Position numbers and translations under genes: made by a program. A stretch of 64,000 bases of DNA, taken from assembly GCA_023382455.1 (NCBI GenBank), contig JAHDVX010000012.1:44519-108518 (forward strand), read 5' to 3'. Positions within the stretch are counted from its first letter, which is position 1. Each line of letters opens with the position of its first letter. Source of the stretch: Flavobacteriales bacterium. Its GTDB lineage: Bacteria > Bacteroidota > Bacteroidia > Flavobacteriales_F > PHOS-HE28. Below are positions 9,056 to 17,240 of the stretch, in pieces. The notes beneath the pieces are model-generated. The model was not told the origin of the DNA and made no database searches. It was given only the letters and a program-made list of their open reading frames with translations.

Positions 9056-10345
9056 ATGCGCCTTTCATACGGACCCTGGCCCGGACTTGCCGTGGCGCTT
9101 GCCCTGCTGGGAGCCCCGGACCTCCTGGCCCAGGCAGGCAACCGGGATTGCGACCCCGCCGTGATCGACTCGGTGGCCTCCAACAGCCCCGTGTGCCCGG
9201 GTGATCCCATTCAGCTTTCGGTTGCCGCCCATGGCGACATCATCGGCTATTCCTGGTCCGGACCGGGAACCGGCGAGTTCTTCACGCTGGAACCCGAATG
9301 GGAATTCCCCAGCCAGGTCCTGGGGCAATACACGGTGGTGGTGTACGGCATCTGCGGGGGCGATACGGCATCCGTCCTCATCAACGCGGAGGGTGCCGGT
9401 GCGGGCCATGACAGTACCATCCACGTGTGCAGCACGGCCTGGGCCATGGACCTGGCCCCGTACCTGGGGCCGCATGCGGAAGGCGGTACCTGGGAGCACG
9501 ACGGTGAGCCGCACAGCGGCATCTACGATCCCGCCGTGGACAATCCCGGGGAGTTCGTGTACACCTCCCCGCATCCGGCCACCTGCCCCGGAAGCTCTCC
9601 CCGGGCCACCATCACCGTGGAGGAGATCGATCTGGGCCCGGATACCACCCTGGCCATCTGCCAGGAAGATGATGCCATCGACCTGGAGGACCTGCTGCCG
9701 CCTGGCACCTCGGATGATGGAAACTGGTACCGGCAGGTGTTCATTGCCCTGGAGCCGCATTCCGGGGTGTACGACCCGGCCGTGGATTCCTCGGGAACCT
9801 TCCGCTATACGCTGGGGGCCTGCTTCACCTTGGTCACGGTGGTCGAAAACCCGTACCTGCCGTGGTATGAGGATGAGGACCAGGACGGCTATGGCGACCC
9901 GGGGGAAGTGGAGTGGAGCTGCACCCCGCCTGAAGGCTATGTGGCAGACAGCTCCGACACCTGCACGGAACTGCCCGGACGGGCAGGTGATCCGTGCGAT
10001 GATGGCCTGGAAGCCACGGTGAACGACAGCATCACCCCGGATTGCACCTGCGCCGGGATGTTGCCCACCACACTGCCGGAGCCTGGATCCGATGCCGTGG
10101 ATGCGTCCATCTGGCCGAATCCGTTTGCCGGTGGGGAGCTGTTCCTGCGTACGACCATCCGTGGTGAACTGGACATCACCGTGCTCGATGCCGCGGGCCG
10201 CCAAGTGTTCACCCGTCGGTTCGCGGCCGTTGTCGGAGGGCGGCCGATCTCGATCCAGCCCGGCCCAGGGCTGTCCCCGGGCCCCTACTGGGTGCTTGTT
10301 ACCAGCGGTGACCGGACCTCCGCCTTGCCCCTGTTGGTGCTTTAG
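9056..10345 (+). CDS. Secreted T9SS type A CTD protein with Cys/Asp-rich modules
   Basis: Signal peptide (MRLSYGPWPGLAVALALLGAPDLLAQ), two HSGxYDPAVD repeats, WYEDEDQDGYGDP...C motif, GDPCDDG...DCTCAG motif, C-terminal IWPNP...LDAAGRQV...PGPYWV CTD. Confidence 0.8.
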   Translation: MRLSYGPWPGLAVALALLGAPDLLAQAGNRDCDPAVIDSVASNSPVCPGDPIQLSVAAHGDIIGYSWSGPGTGEFFTLEPEWEFPSQVLGQYTVVVYGICGGDTASVLINAEGAGAGHDSTIHVCSTAWAMDLAPYLGPHAEGGTWEHDGEPHSGIYDPAVDNPGEFVYTSPHPATCPGSSPRATITVEEIDLGPDTTLAICQEDDAIDLEDLLPPGTSDDGNWYRQVFIALEPHSGVYDPAVDSSGTFRYTLGACFTLVTVVENPYLPWYEDEDQDGYGDPGEVEWSCTPPEGYVADSSDTCTELPGRAGDPCDDGLEATVNDSITPDCTCAGMLPTTLPEPGSDAVDASIWPNPFAGGELFLRTTIRGELDITVLDAAGRQVFTRRFAAVVGGRPISIQPGPGLSPGPYWVLVTSGDRTSALPLLVL

Positions 10346-10422
10346 GAGTAGCTCGATGGCCAAGCCCGGCGGAACCAATTGCCCGGCTCCTTCGTTCAGC
10401 GGTCCGTTTCCATCGACGGACC

Positions 10423-11076
10423 ATGAAAACGACCATCACGATCCTGGCCACCTTCCTGAGCTTGGGCCTCCGGGCACAAACGGAGCGGGCCACCTTTTCC
10501 GACGATGTGGCACAGGCCGGTCAGGCCAGCTTCGAACTGGTCTCCTTCGTGGCCACACCGGTGAACGGCGACGGCGTACGCCTGCAATGGAGCACGGGTT
10601 CGGAAGCCCCGAACAGCGCCTTCCACATCCAGCGCTCCAGCGACGGGGCCAATTGGCGGACCGTGATCACCCAGGACGGTGAAGGCGGCGGTTCCGGGTA
10701 CTCCTTCTATGAGGTGATGGACCTGGCCCCAGAACATGGGGTCACCCACTACCGCCTGCTCGCCTTGGTGCCCGGACAGACGCCGGAGTACTCCGATGAG
10801 TTCGCCGTGGTGTTCAACCCGAAACCCGTGCTGCGGATCGAGGGCGACGGCAACCCCTCACGGTTCATCGTGCAGGTGGACGGAACCATCACCGACCTGC
10901 AGATGCTGAACAACCGCGGCCAGTTCGTGCCCATGACCATCAACTACACCGGCAGTGAAGCGCTGGTGGAAGTGGCGGGCATGGAACCCGGCACCTACTA
11001 CGTGCAGGCCATGGTGGATGGCACCCCGGTGCTGCGCGAAGTCCTGGTCACGGCCACCGGCGTGATCGGCGGTTGA
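10423..11076 (+). CDS. Small secreted protein: Ig-like pre-CTD domain plus degenerate T9SS CTD
   Basis: Signal peptide; ELVSF...LQWSTGSE..NSAFHIQRSSDG..W motif typical of T9SS cargo; CTD-like end (NNRGQ...PGTYYV). Confidence 0.7.
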   Translation: MKTTITILATFLSLGLRAQTERATFSDDVAQAGQASFELVSFVATPVNGDGVRLQWSTGSEAPNSAFHIQRSSDGANWRTVITQDGEGGGSGYSFYEVMDLAPEHGVTHYRLLALVPGQTPEYSDEFAVVFNPKPVLRIEGDGNPSRFIVQVDGTITDLQMLNNRGQFVPMTINYTGSEALVEVAGMEPGTYYVQAMVDGTPVLREVLVTATGVIGG

Positions 11077-11209
11077 CCAGCCACGGGCCTCCCGCATTGG
11101 CCCCGCCACGCTGTTCAGCAGCTGGAGGGGACCACTTGGCGGCCTGCGTTGCAGGCCCCCGTGAGCGCCGGCCGCCTACCTTGGCCCGAGCCTTGTGCTT
11201 GTACGCCTC

Positions 11210-14200
11210 ATGCGCCGCCCGTTACTGCTCCTGTCCATCGCCTTGTTGCTGGGCCTGTGCAGCACGTTCGTCCGGGACCGGTCGCCGCAGGAACGCTTGG
11301 ACCGTGCGGCAGCGGTGCTGCAGGCGCGGGTCGATCAAGCCCATGCCGCACTGCGTTCAGATGCCGATGAGGTGCTGGCGCAGGACACCCTGGACATGGG
11401 CGGGACCCACGCCTCGGGCGAAGGCGGCATGCGCCTGTACCGCCATCACCGGGTGACCGCATGGACGGACCATGCCCCCATCGCGGATGCCGCACTGGAC
11501 ACCGTGCGAGGCGCACACTTGGACCTGGCGGATGGTACCTACCTCCATGCCTATGCCGAAGGGGATGGCCGAAGTGTCCATGCCTTGGCGCGGATCTGGT
11601 TCCAGCCGCCTTTCGAGAACCAGTACCTGCGTGCCCGGTTCGATCCCGGCTTCACGCTTCCCGAAGGCATCGCCGCCTCCAACGCGCCCGGGCTCGGCCC
11701 GGTGGTGCGCGATGGCGACGGCGAGGTTTTGCTCCGCCTCTTCTGGAAGGACGACATCGTGCTGCCGGGCACTGGCGCCCGCATGTCGCTCCTGCTTGGC
11801 TTGGTCGCGTTGGTGCTGGCCGTGGCGGCGCTTTGGAAATGGGCCGGGAGCCTACGCCCATGGGCAGGGTTACTCCTCTTCCTGGTAATCCTCTGGGGCC
11901 TCCGCTTGGCCACCCTGGCCCACGGCAGTTACGAGGCACTGGCTTCTTGGCCGCTCTTCGATCCCTCCCTGTTCGCGTCCTCCTTCTTCATGCCCTCCCT
12001 GGGCGATCTGCTCATCAATACGGCGGTGCTCCTCCTTACGGCGCTTTTCTTCCATGTCACGGTGAACCGCCTGAAGGCACCGGGCCGTGCCGTGCCGGTG
12101 GCCTTGGCATCACTGGCCCTGATCTGCGCCTTCGCTGACGTCATCGGCACCGTGATGATCGCCTTGGTGCACGACAGCAGCGTGAGCCTCGACCTCTTCC
12201 GCGTGCAGGATTTTGACGGCTACAGCGTGGCAGCGCTCCTGGCCATCGCCGGGCTGCTCTTCGCCTGGTGCGTGCTGGCCGATGCATTGGTCCGGTGGGT
12301 CGCTCCCCCGATGGCTGGCGGAAGGGCCTTGGCCTTGGCCGCCGGTGCCTGCGCCGCCTTGGCCTTGGTGAACCATTTTTCCGGACAATACGACCTGGTC
12401 CTTTCCCTTTGGCCGCTCCCCGTGCTGGCGTTGGTCCACCGGCTGCGGAAGCGCAGCGGCACCATCCCGGTGCTGCTGTTGGTGGCCGTGCTGGCGGTGT
12501 TCACGGCCCATGTGCTCAACCGGCAGTCCTTCAAGCGCATCGAGCTGGAGCGGGAGGCCTTGGCCGAGAACGCCACCACGCGGGAAGATCCCGTGATCGA
12601 GCTGCTGTTCGCCGAAGCCAAGCGCGAAATGGCCCGGGACCAACCGCTCCTAGCCTGGGCCGGCAGCGGTTCGCCTTGTACCTCCAGCGACCTGGACCGC
12701 ATGGTGCGCCAACCCTTCTTCACCGGCTATTGGGACCGGTACGACCTGCGCCTCTACCTCGTGTCCGGGCGGTCGTTCTGCTCCACCTCCCCGGACGGTG
12801 CCCCCTCGGCCCAAGCCATCATCGACCGCTACGAGCAGGGCGTGCCCACGGGTGAACCAACAGACCTGCGCATCACCGACCGGCCGGGGGAAGACGCCCT
12901 CTACATGGGGCGGGTGCACCTGGACAGCGCCCTGCTGTTCCTGGAACTTCGCCCTCGCCTGGTGGCCGACGGCCTCGGCTTTCCCGAACTCCTCCTGGCC
13001 GGCCCGCCCCCCTCGTCCATCAACCCGGGCCGCTACGCACAGGCACGCTACGAGCGCGGGTTGCTCACCGCCAGCTCAGGGCCGTACATCTTTCCCATCA
13101 CGTGGAGCCGGGCCGCCCCGGGTGAGGGCCTGCGATGGGTCCAGGACGGCTATGACCTGTTGGCCAAGGGCGACCCGCACGGCTCGTTGGTGGTGCTAGG
13201 CTCCAGGATCCCCGATCCGTGGGACCATGTGACCACCTTCTCCTACCTCTTCCTGTTCTACTGCCTGCTCGTCTTGGTCGTCGGCGGATGCCGGCTGCTG
13301 GTGCGCAGCGAGCGTGGGGCCGTGGTGGGCGTGGGAGGGAAGGTGCGCCTGGGTGTTGCCGGGTTCGCCGTGGCCAGCCTGCTGCTCTTCAGCCTGGGCA
13401 TGCGGCACACGGTGGATGCGCGCCAGGAGAACCGCAGCACGCGCATCATGGGCGAGCGTACGCGGGGTGTGTTGAACGAGCTGCGCCAAACGCTCCACGG
13501 CGAATCGGCACTCTCACCTTCCATGGCACCGTACCTGGACCACTTGCTGGGCAAACTCAGCAACGTGTTCTTCACCGACCTCACCCTCTACGCCCCGGAC
13601 GGTACGCTCTTCGCCACCTCCCGCGAGCAGGTGTTCAACACCGGCCTGCTCGGCAGGCGCATGGATCCCCGTGCCTTCCGGCACCTGGCCATGGAGGGCG
13701 CCTCCTTCTTCTTCCACGGTGAGCACATCGGCCAGGCGCGCTTCACCACCGCCTACATGCCCTTCCGCAACGACCAGGGCAAGGTGCTGGCCTACCTCGC
13801 CCTGCCCTATTTCGCGCGGCAGACGGAGGTGGAGCAGGAACGCGCGGCCGCCTATGTGGCCTTGGTCAACCTCTTCACCCTGCTCTTCCTGCTGAGCGTG
13901 GTGGCCGCAGCGTTGATCACCCACTGGACCACCCGCCCGCTGGAACTGCTGCGGCGCGGCCTGGAACGCATCGGCCTCGGGGCGCGCAACGAGCCCATCA
14001 ACTACCGCGGCAACGATGAACTGGGCCAGCTGGTGCGCGTGTACAACCGCAAGGTGGAGGAGCTGCGCGAAAGCGCCCTGAAGCTGGCCCGCAGCGAGCG
14101 CGAGAGCGCCTGGCGCGAAATGGCCAAGCAGGTGGCGCACGAGATCAAGAACCCGCTCACCCCGATGAAGCTCAACATCCAGCAGTTCCGCCGCACGTGG

Positions 14201-14800
14201 GACCCGGCCATGCCCGATGCCCGGGAGCGCCTGGACCGCTTCAGCGCCGGACTGGTGGAGCAGATCGACGTGCTGAGCCGCATTGCCGGCGAGTTCTCGC
14301 ACTTCGCGCAGGTGCCGCCCGCACAGCCCCGGCCCGTGGACCTCGCCGAGGTGGCGCGCACCGCCGTCCAGCTCTTCGCCGACACGCCGGGCCACACCGT
14401 GCACCTGCAAGGCGAAGGCCCGCTGCCCGTACTGGCCGACCGCGAGCACCTCCTGCGCGTGTTCAACAACCTGATCAAGAACGCGCTGCAAGCCGTCCCC
14501 GAAGAGCGGCAAGGGCGTGTGGACGTGGTATTGCGCCGCAGCGGCGGCGAGGCCGTGGCCGAAGTGCGGGACAACGGCACGGGCATCGCGCCGGAGGACC
14601 GCGACCGCATCTTCCAGCCCAGCTTCACCACCAAGACCAGCGGCATGGGCCTGGGCCTGGCCATGGTGAAACGCATGGTGGAGCAGGCCGGCGGCAGGGT
14701 GCATTTTGAAAGCACCACGGAACCGGGGCGCAGCGGTTCCGCCTTCTTTGTCACGCTTCCCCTGGACCACCCTCCGGTACATTTGCCCGGAACAGATTGA
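11210..14800 (+). CDS. Large membrane sensor histidine kinase (HAMP-HisKA-HATPase, NtrY-like)
   Basis: WREMAKQVAHEIKNPLTP H-box, NLIKNA N-box, DNGTGI G1, GMGLGL G2; many TM segments. Confidence 0.92.
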   Translation: MRRPLLLLSIALLLGLCSTFVRDRSPQERLDRAAAVLQARVDQAHAALRSDADEVLAQDTLDMGGTHASGEGGMRLYRHHRVTAWTDHAPIADAALDTVRGAHLDLADGTYLHAYAEGDGRSVHALARIWFQPPFENQYLRARFDPGFTLPEGIAASNAPGLGPVVRDGDGEVLLRLFWKDDIVLPGTGARMSLLLGLVALVLAVAALWKWAGSLRPWAGLLLFLVILWGLRLATLAHGSYEALASWPLFDPSLFASSFFMPSLGDLLINTAVLLLTALFFHVTVNRLKAPGRAVPVALASLALICAFADVIGTVMIALVHDSSVSLDLFRVQDFDGYSVAALLAIAGLLFAWCVLADALVRWVAPPMAGGRALALAAGACAALALVNHFSGQYDLVLSLWPLPVLALVHRLRKRSGTIPVLLLVAVLAVFTAHVLNRQSFKRIELEREALAENATTREDPVIELLFAEAKREMARDQPLLAWAGSGSPCTSSDLDRMVRQPFFTGYWDRYDLRLYLVSGRSFCSTSPDGAPSAQAIIDRYEQGVPTGEPTDLRITDRPGEDALYMGRVHLDSALLFLELRPRLVADGLGFPELLLAGPPPSSINPGRYAQARYERGLLTASSGPYIFPITWSRAAPGEGLRWVQDGYDLLAKGDPHGSLVVLGSRIPDPWDHVTTFSYLFLFYCLLVLVVGGCRLLVRSERGAVVGVGGKVRLGVAGFAVASLLLFSLGMRHTVDARQENRSTRIMGERTRGVLNELRQTLHGESALSPSMAPYLDHLLGKLSNVFFTDLTLYAPDGTLFATSREQVFNTGLLGRRMDPRAFRHLAMEGASFFFHGEHIGQARFTTAYMPFRNDQGKVLAYLALPYFARQTEVEQERAAAYVALVNLFTLLFLLSVVAAALITHWTTRPLELLRRGLERIGLGARNEPINYRGNDELGQLVRVYNRKVEELRESALKLARSERESAWREMAKQVAHEIKNPLTPMKLNIQQFRRTWDPAMPDARERLDRFSAGLVEQIDVLSRIAGEFSHFAQVPPAQPRPVDLAEVARTAVQLFADTPGHTVHLQGEGPLPVLADREHLLRVFNNLIKNALQAVPEERQGRVDVVLRRSGGEAVAEVRDNGTGIAPEDRDRIFQPSFTTKTSGMGLGLAMVKRMVEQAGGRVHFESTTEPGRSGSAFFVTLPLDHPPVHLPGTD
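14778..14785 (+). promoter_or_regulatory. Putative -7 promoter element (TACATTTG)
   Basis: TAnnTTTG match about 30 bp upstream of ATG 14815. Confidence 0.5.
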
Positions 14801-14814
14801 ACGAGCAAGTCCCC

Positions 14815-15594
14815 ATGGCCTACCAGAACATCCTGATCACCGATGCCGACGGCATCCGCACCATCACCATCAACCGCCCCGACCAGCTGAATGCGTTGAA
14901 CAGGGATACCATCAACGAACTTGACCAGGCGCTGACCGAGGCCGAGGCCGACAAAACCGTGCGCGTGCTCATCCTTACAGGCAGCGGCCCCAAGGCCTTC
15001 GTGGCGGGCGCGGACATCAAGGAATTCGCACATTTCAGCGTGGCCGATGGCAAAGCCCTCAGTGCCGACGGGCACCGCAAGCTCTTCGACCATGTGGAGC
15101 AGCTGAACAAACCGGTGATCGCCGCGGTGAACGGCTTCGCGCTGGGCGGTGGCCTGGAACTGGCCATGAGCTGCCACTTCCGCGTGGCCAGCGACAACGC
15201 GCGCATGGGCCTGCCGGAGACCAGCCTGGGCGTGATCCCCGGCTACGGCGGCACGCAGCGCCTGGCCCGCCTGGTGGGCAAGGGCAAGGCCATGGAAATG
15301 ATCTTCACCGCCGGCATGATCAAGGCGGACGAGGCCCTGCAATGGGGCTTGGTGAACCACGTTGTACCCCAGGACCAGCTGCTGGCCAGGTGCAACGAGC
15401 TGGCCGCCGCCATCCTGAAGAACTCACCCACCGCCCTGGCCGCCGCCATCCGTGCGGTGAATGCCGGCTTCGAGCCCGGTGCCGACGGCATGCAGCGCGA
15501 GATCGAGGAGTTCGGCAAATGCTTCGGCACCGCCGATTTCAAGGAGGGCACCACGGCCTTCATGGAGAAGCGCAAGGCGGTGTTCAAGGGGTAG
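14815..15594 (+). CDS. Enoyl-CoA hydratase/crotonase family protein
   Basis: AFVAGADIKE, NGFALGGGLELA, GLPETSLGVIPGYGGTQRL motifs. Confidence 0.95.
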   Translation: MAYQNILITDADGIRTITINRPDQLNALNRDTINELDQALTEAEADKTVRVLILTGSGPKAFVAGADIKEFAHFSVADGKALSADGHRKLFDHVEQLNKPVIAAVNGFALGGGLELAMSCHFRVASDNARMGLPETSLGVIPGYGGTQRLARLVGKGKAMEMIFTAGMIKADEALQWGLVNHVVPQDQLLARCNELAAAILKNSPTALAAAIRAVNAGFEPGADGMQREIEEFGKCFGTADFKEGTTAFMEKRKAVFKG

Positions 15595-15598
15595 CAGG

Positions 15599-15696
15599 AC
15601 CACGGATGCACACGGATAAACACGGATCCATGTGTTTGGCACGGAGAGCTGGTCAACCCTCTTGCCCATCCGTGTGCATCCGTGTTGATCCGTGGT
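15599..15696. repeat. REP-like palindromic element with 3 x 10-bp ACACGGATNN units per arm
   Basis: accacggatgcacacggataaacacggat (15599-15627) is inverted against atccgtgtgcatccgtgttgatccgtggt (15668-15696). Confidence 0.8.
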
Positions 15697-15706
15697 TCCC
15701 GCAATC

Positions 15707-17194
15707 ATGAGCGTGCTGCGCAAACTCGCCGGCCAAACGGCCATCTACGGGGCCAGCAGCATCGTTGCGCGCTTCCTCAACTACCTGCTGACGCCGCTGT
15801 ATACCAGCCGGGGCGTGTTCGCGCCGGCGGCCTTCGGGGTCATCACCTCGCTCTACGCCTGGACGGCCTTCCTGAACGTGGTGCTCACCTACGGCATGGA
15901 GACCACGTATTTCCGCTTCGCCACCAAGCACCGCGACAACCCGCGGATCTTCGCCACCTCCGCCTGGTTGCTGGCCTTCACCAGCAGCGTGTTCATCACC
16001 GTGGGGCTGCTGTGCGCGCGGTCCATCGCCGAGGCCATCGGCTATCCGGAACAGGTGTTCTCCGTGCGGATGCTCATCGCCATCATCGGTGTGGAGGCCG
16101 CCACGGCCGTGCCCTTGGCCAGCCTGCGGCTGAAGGAGCGGCCCTGGAAGTTCGCGGGGGTGAACATCCTCAGCGTGCTGGTGACCGTGGTGGGCAACCT
16201 CTTCATCTTCCTGTACTGCAAGCCCCGCTTCGATGCCGGCAACCCCGACGCGCTGGTGCAGGCCGTGTACGACCCCGCCATCGGCGTGGGCTACGTGTTC
16301 CTGATCAACCTGATCGGCTCGGCGGTGAAGTTCCTGTTGCTGCTGCCCGAGTGGCCCGCCCCGCACCTGGGCCGCAAGGATACCGGCTTCGATGCCAAGC
16401 TGCTGCGGCCCATGCTCGCCTTCGGGCTGCCGCTGCTGGTGGCCGGCCTGGCGGGCATGACCAACGAGACCGCCGACCGCGTGCTGATGAAGCACCTGCT
16501 GCCTGCCGACGTGGCCGATGCGCAGATCGGCATCTACGGCGCCTCCTACAAGCTGGCCATCCTGATCACGCTCTTCATCCAGGCCTTCCGCTTCGCCGCG
16601 GAACCCTTCTTCTTCAGCCACGCCAAGGAGAAGGACAGCCGGGAGACCTTCGCCCGCATCATGAACATCTTCGTGGCCGTGTGCATGGGCGCCTTCCTGC
16701 TGGTGATGCTCTTCCTGGACCTGTTCCGCTGGTTCATCCCCAACCCGGCGTACTGGCCCGGCCTGGTGGTGGTGCCCATCCTGATGATGGCCAACGTGTT
16801 CCTGGGCATCTACTACAACCAGAGCGTGTGGTACAAGCTGAGCGACCGCACGCGCGCCGGCAGCACCATCTCCATCATCGGCGCGGTGATCACCTTGGTG
16901 CTGCTCTTCTGGTGGATCCCGATGTTCGGCTACATCGGCGCAGCCTGGGCCACCTTCATCTGCTACGCCGCCATGGCCGTGGTGAGCTACGTGTGGGGCC
17001 AGAAGCACTACCCCGTTCCGTACAACGTGCGGCGGGTGCTGGGCTACATGGCCGGTGGCGTGTTCCTGTGGTGGGCCTGTGAGCAGTTGCCGCTGGAAGG
17101 TGCCTTGAAATACGCCCTGCGCGCCGTGGCCTTGCTGGGCTTCTTGGCCACGGCGTGGAAGCTTGAGAGCGCACCGGGGAAGAAGAGCGCGTGA
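15707..17194 (+). CDS. Wzx-like oligosaccharide flippase / polysaccharide biosynthesis protein
   Basis: LRKLAGQTAIYG start, YGMETTYFRF, IGIYGASYKLA, FRFAAEPFFF; about 14 TM helices. Confidence 0.88.
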   Translation: MSVLRKLAGQTAIYGASSIVARFLNYLLTPLYTSRGVFAPAAFGVITSLYAWTAFLNVVLTYGMETTYFRFATKHRDNPRIFATSAWLLAFTSSVFITVGLLCARSIAEAIGYPEQVFSVRMLIAIIGVEAATAVPLASLRLKERPWKFAGVNILSVLVTVVGNLFIFLYCKPRFDAGNPDALVQAVYDPAIGVGYVFLINLIGSAVKFLLLLPEWPAPHLGRKDTGFDAKLLRPMLAFGLPLLVAGLAGMTNETADRVLMKHLLPADVADAQIGIYGASYKLAILITLFIQAFRFAAEPFFFSHAKEKDSRETFARIMNIFVAVCMGAFLLVMLFLDLFRWFIPNPAYWPGLVVVPILMMANVFLGIYYNQSVWYKLSDRTRAGSTISIIGAVITLVLLFWWIPMFGYIGAAWATFICYAAMAVVSYVWGQKHYPVPYNVRRVLGYMAGGVFLWWACEQLPLEGALKYALRAVALLGFLATAWKLESAPGKKSA

Positions 17195-17240
17195 GCTCGC
17201 CACGATCCGCCGGAGGAAATGCGGTGCCGGACCTCCGTCG

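Noticed and set aside
322..9204. Long + strand ORFs (2065 aa at 322-6519 and 799 aa at 6805-9204) and many 60-160 aa repeat ORFs
   Set aside because: Antisense or off-frame shadows of the giant minus-strand gene; G/A/V/R/H-rich with no motifs, as expected in high-GC DNA.
11210..14800. Orphan giant histidine kinase as a novel system
   Set aside because: A kinase of this type next to crotonase and a flippase is, to my knowledge, a common Bacteroidota arrangement.
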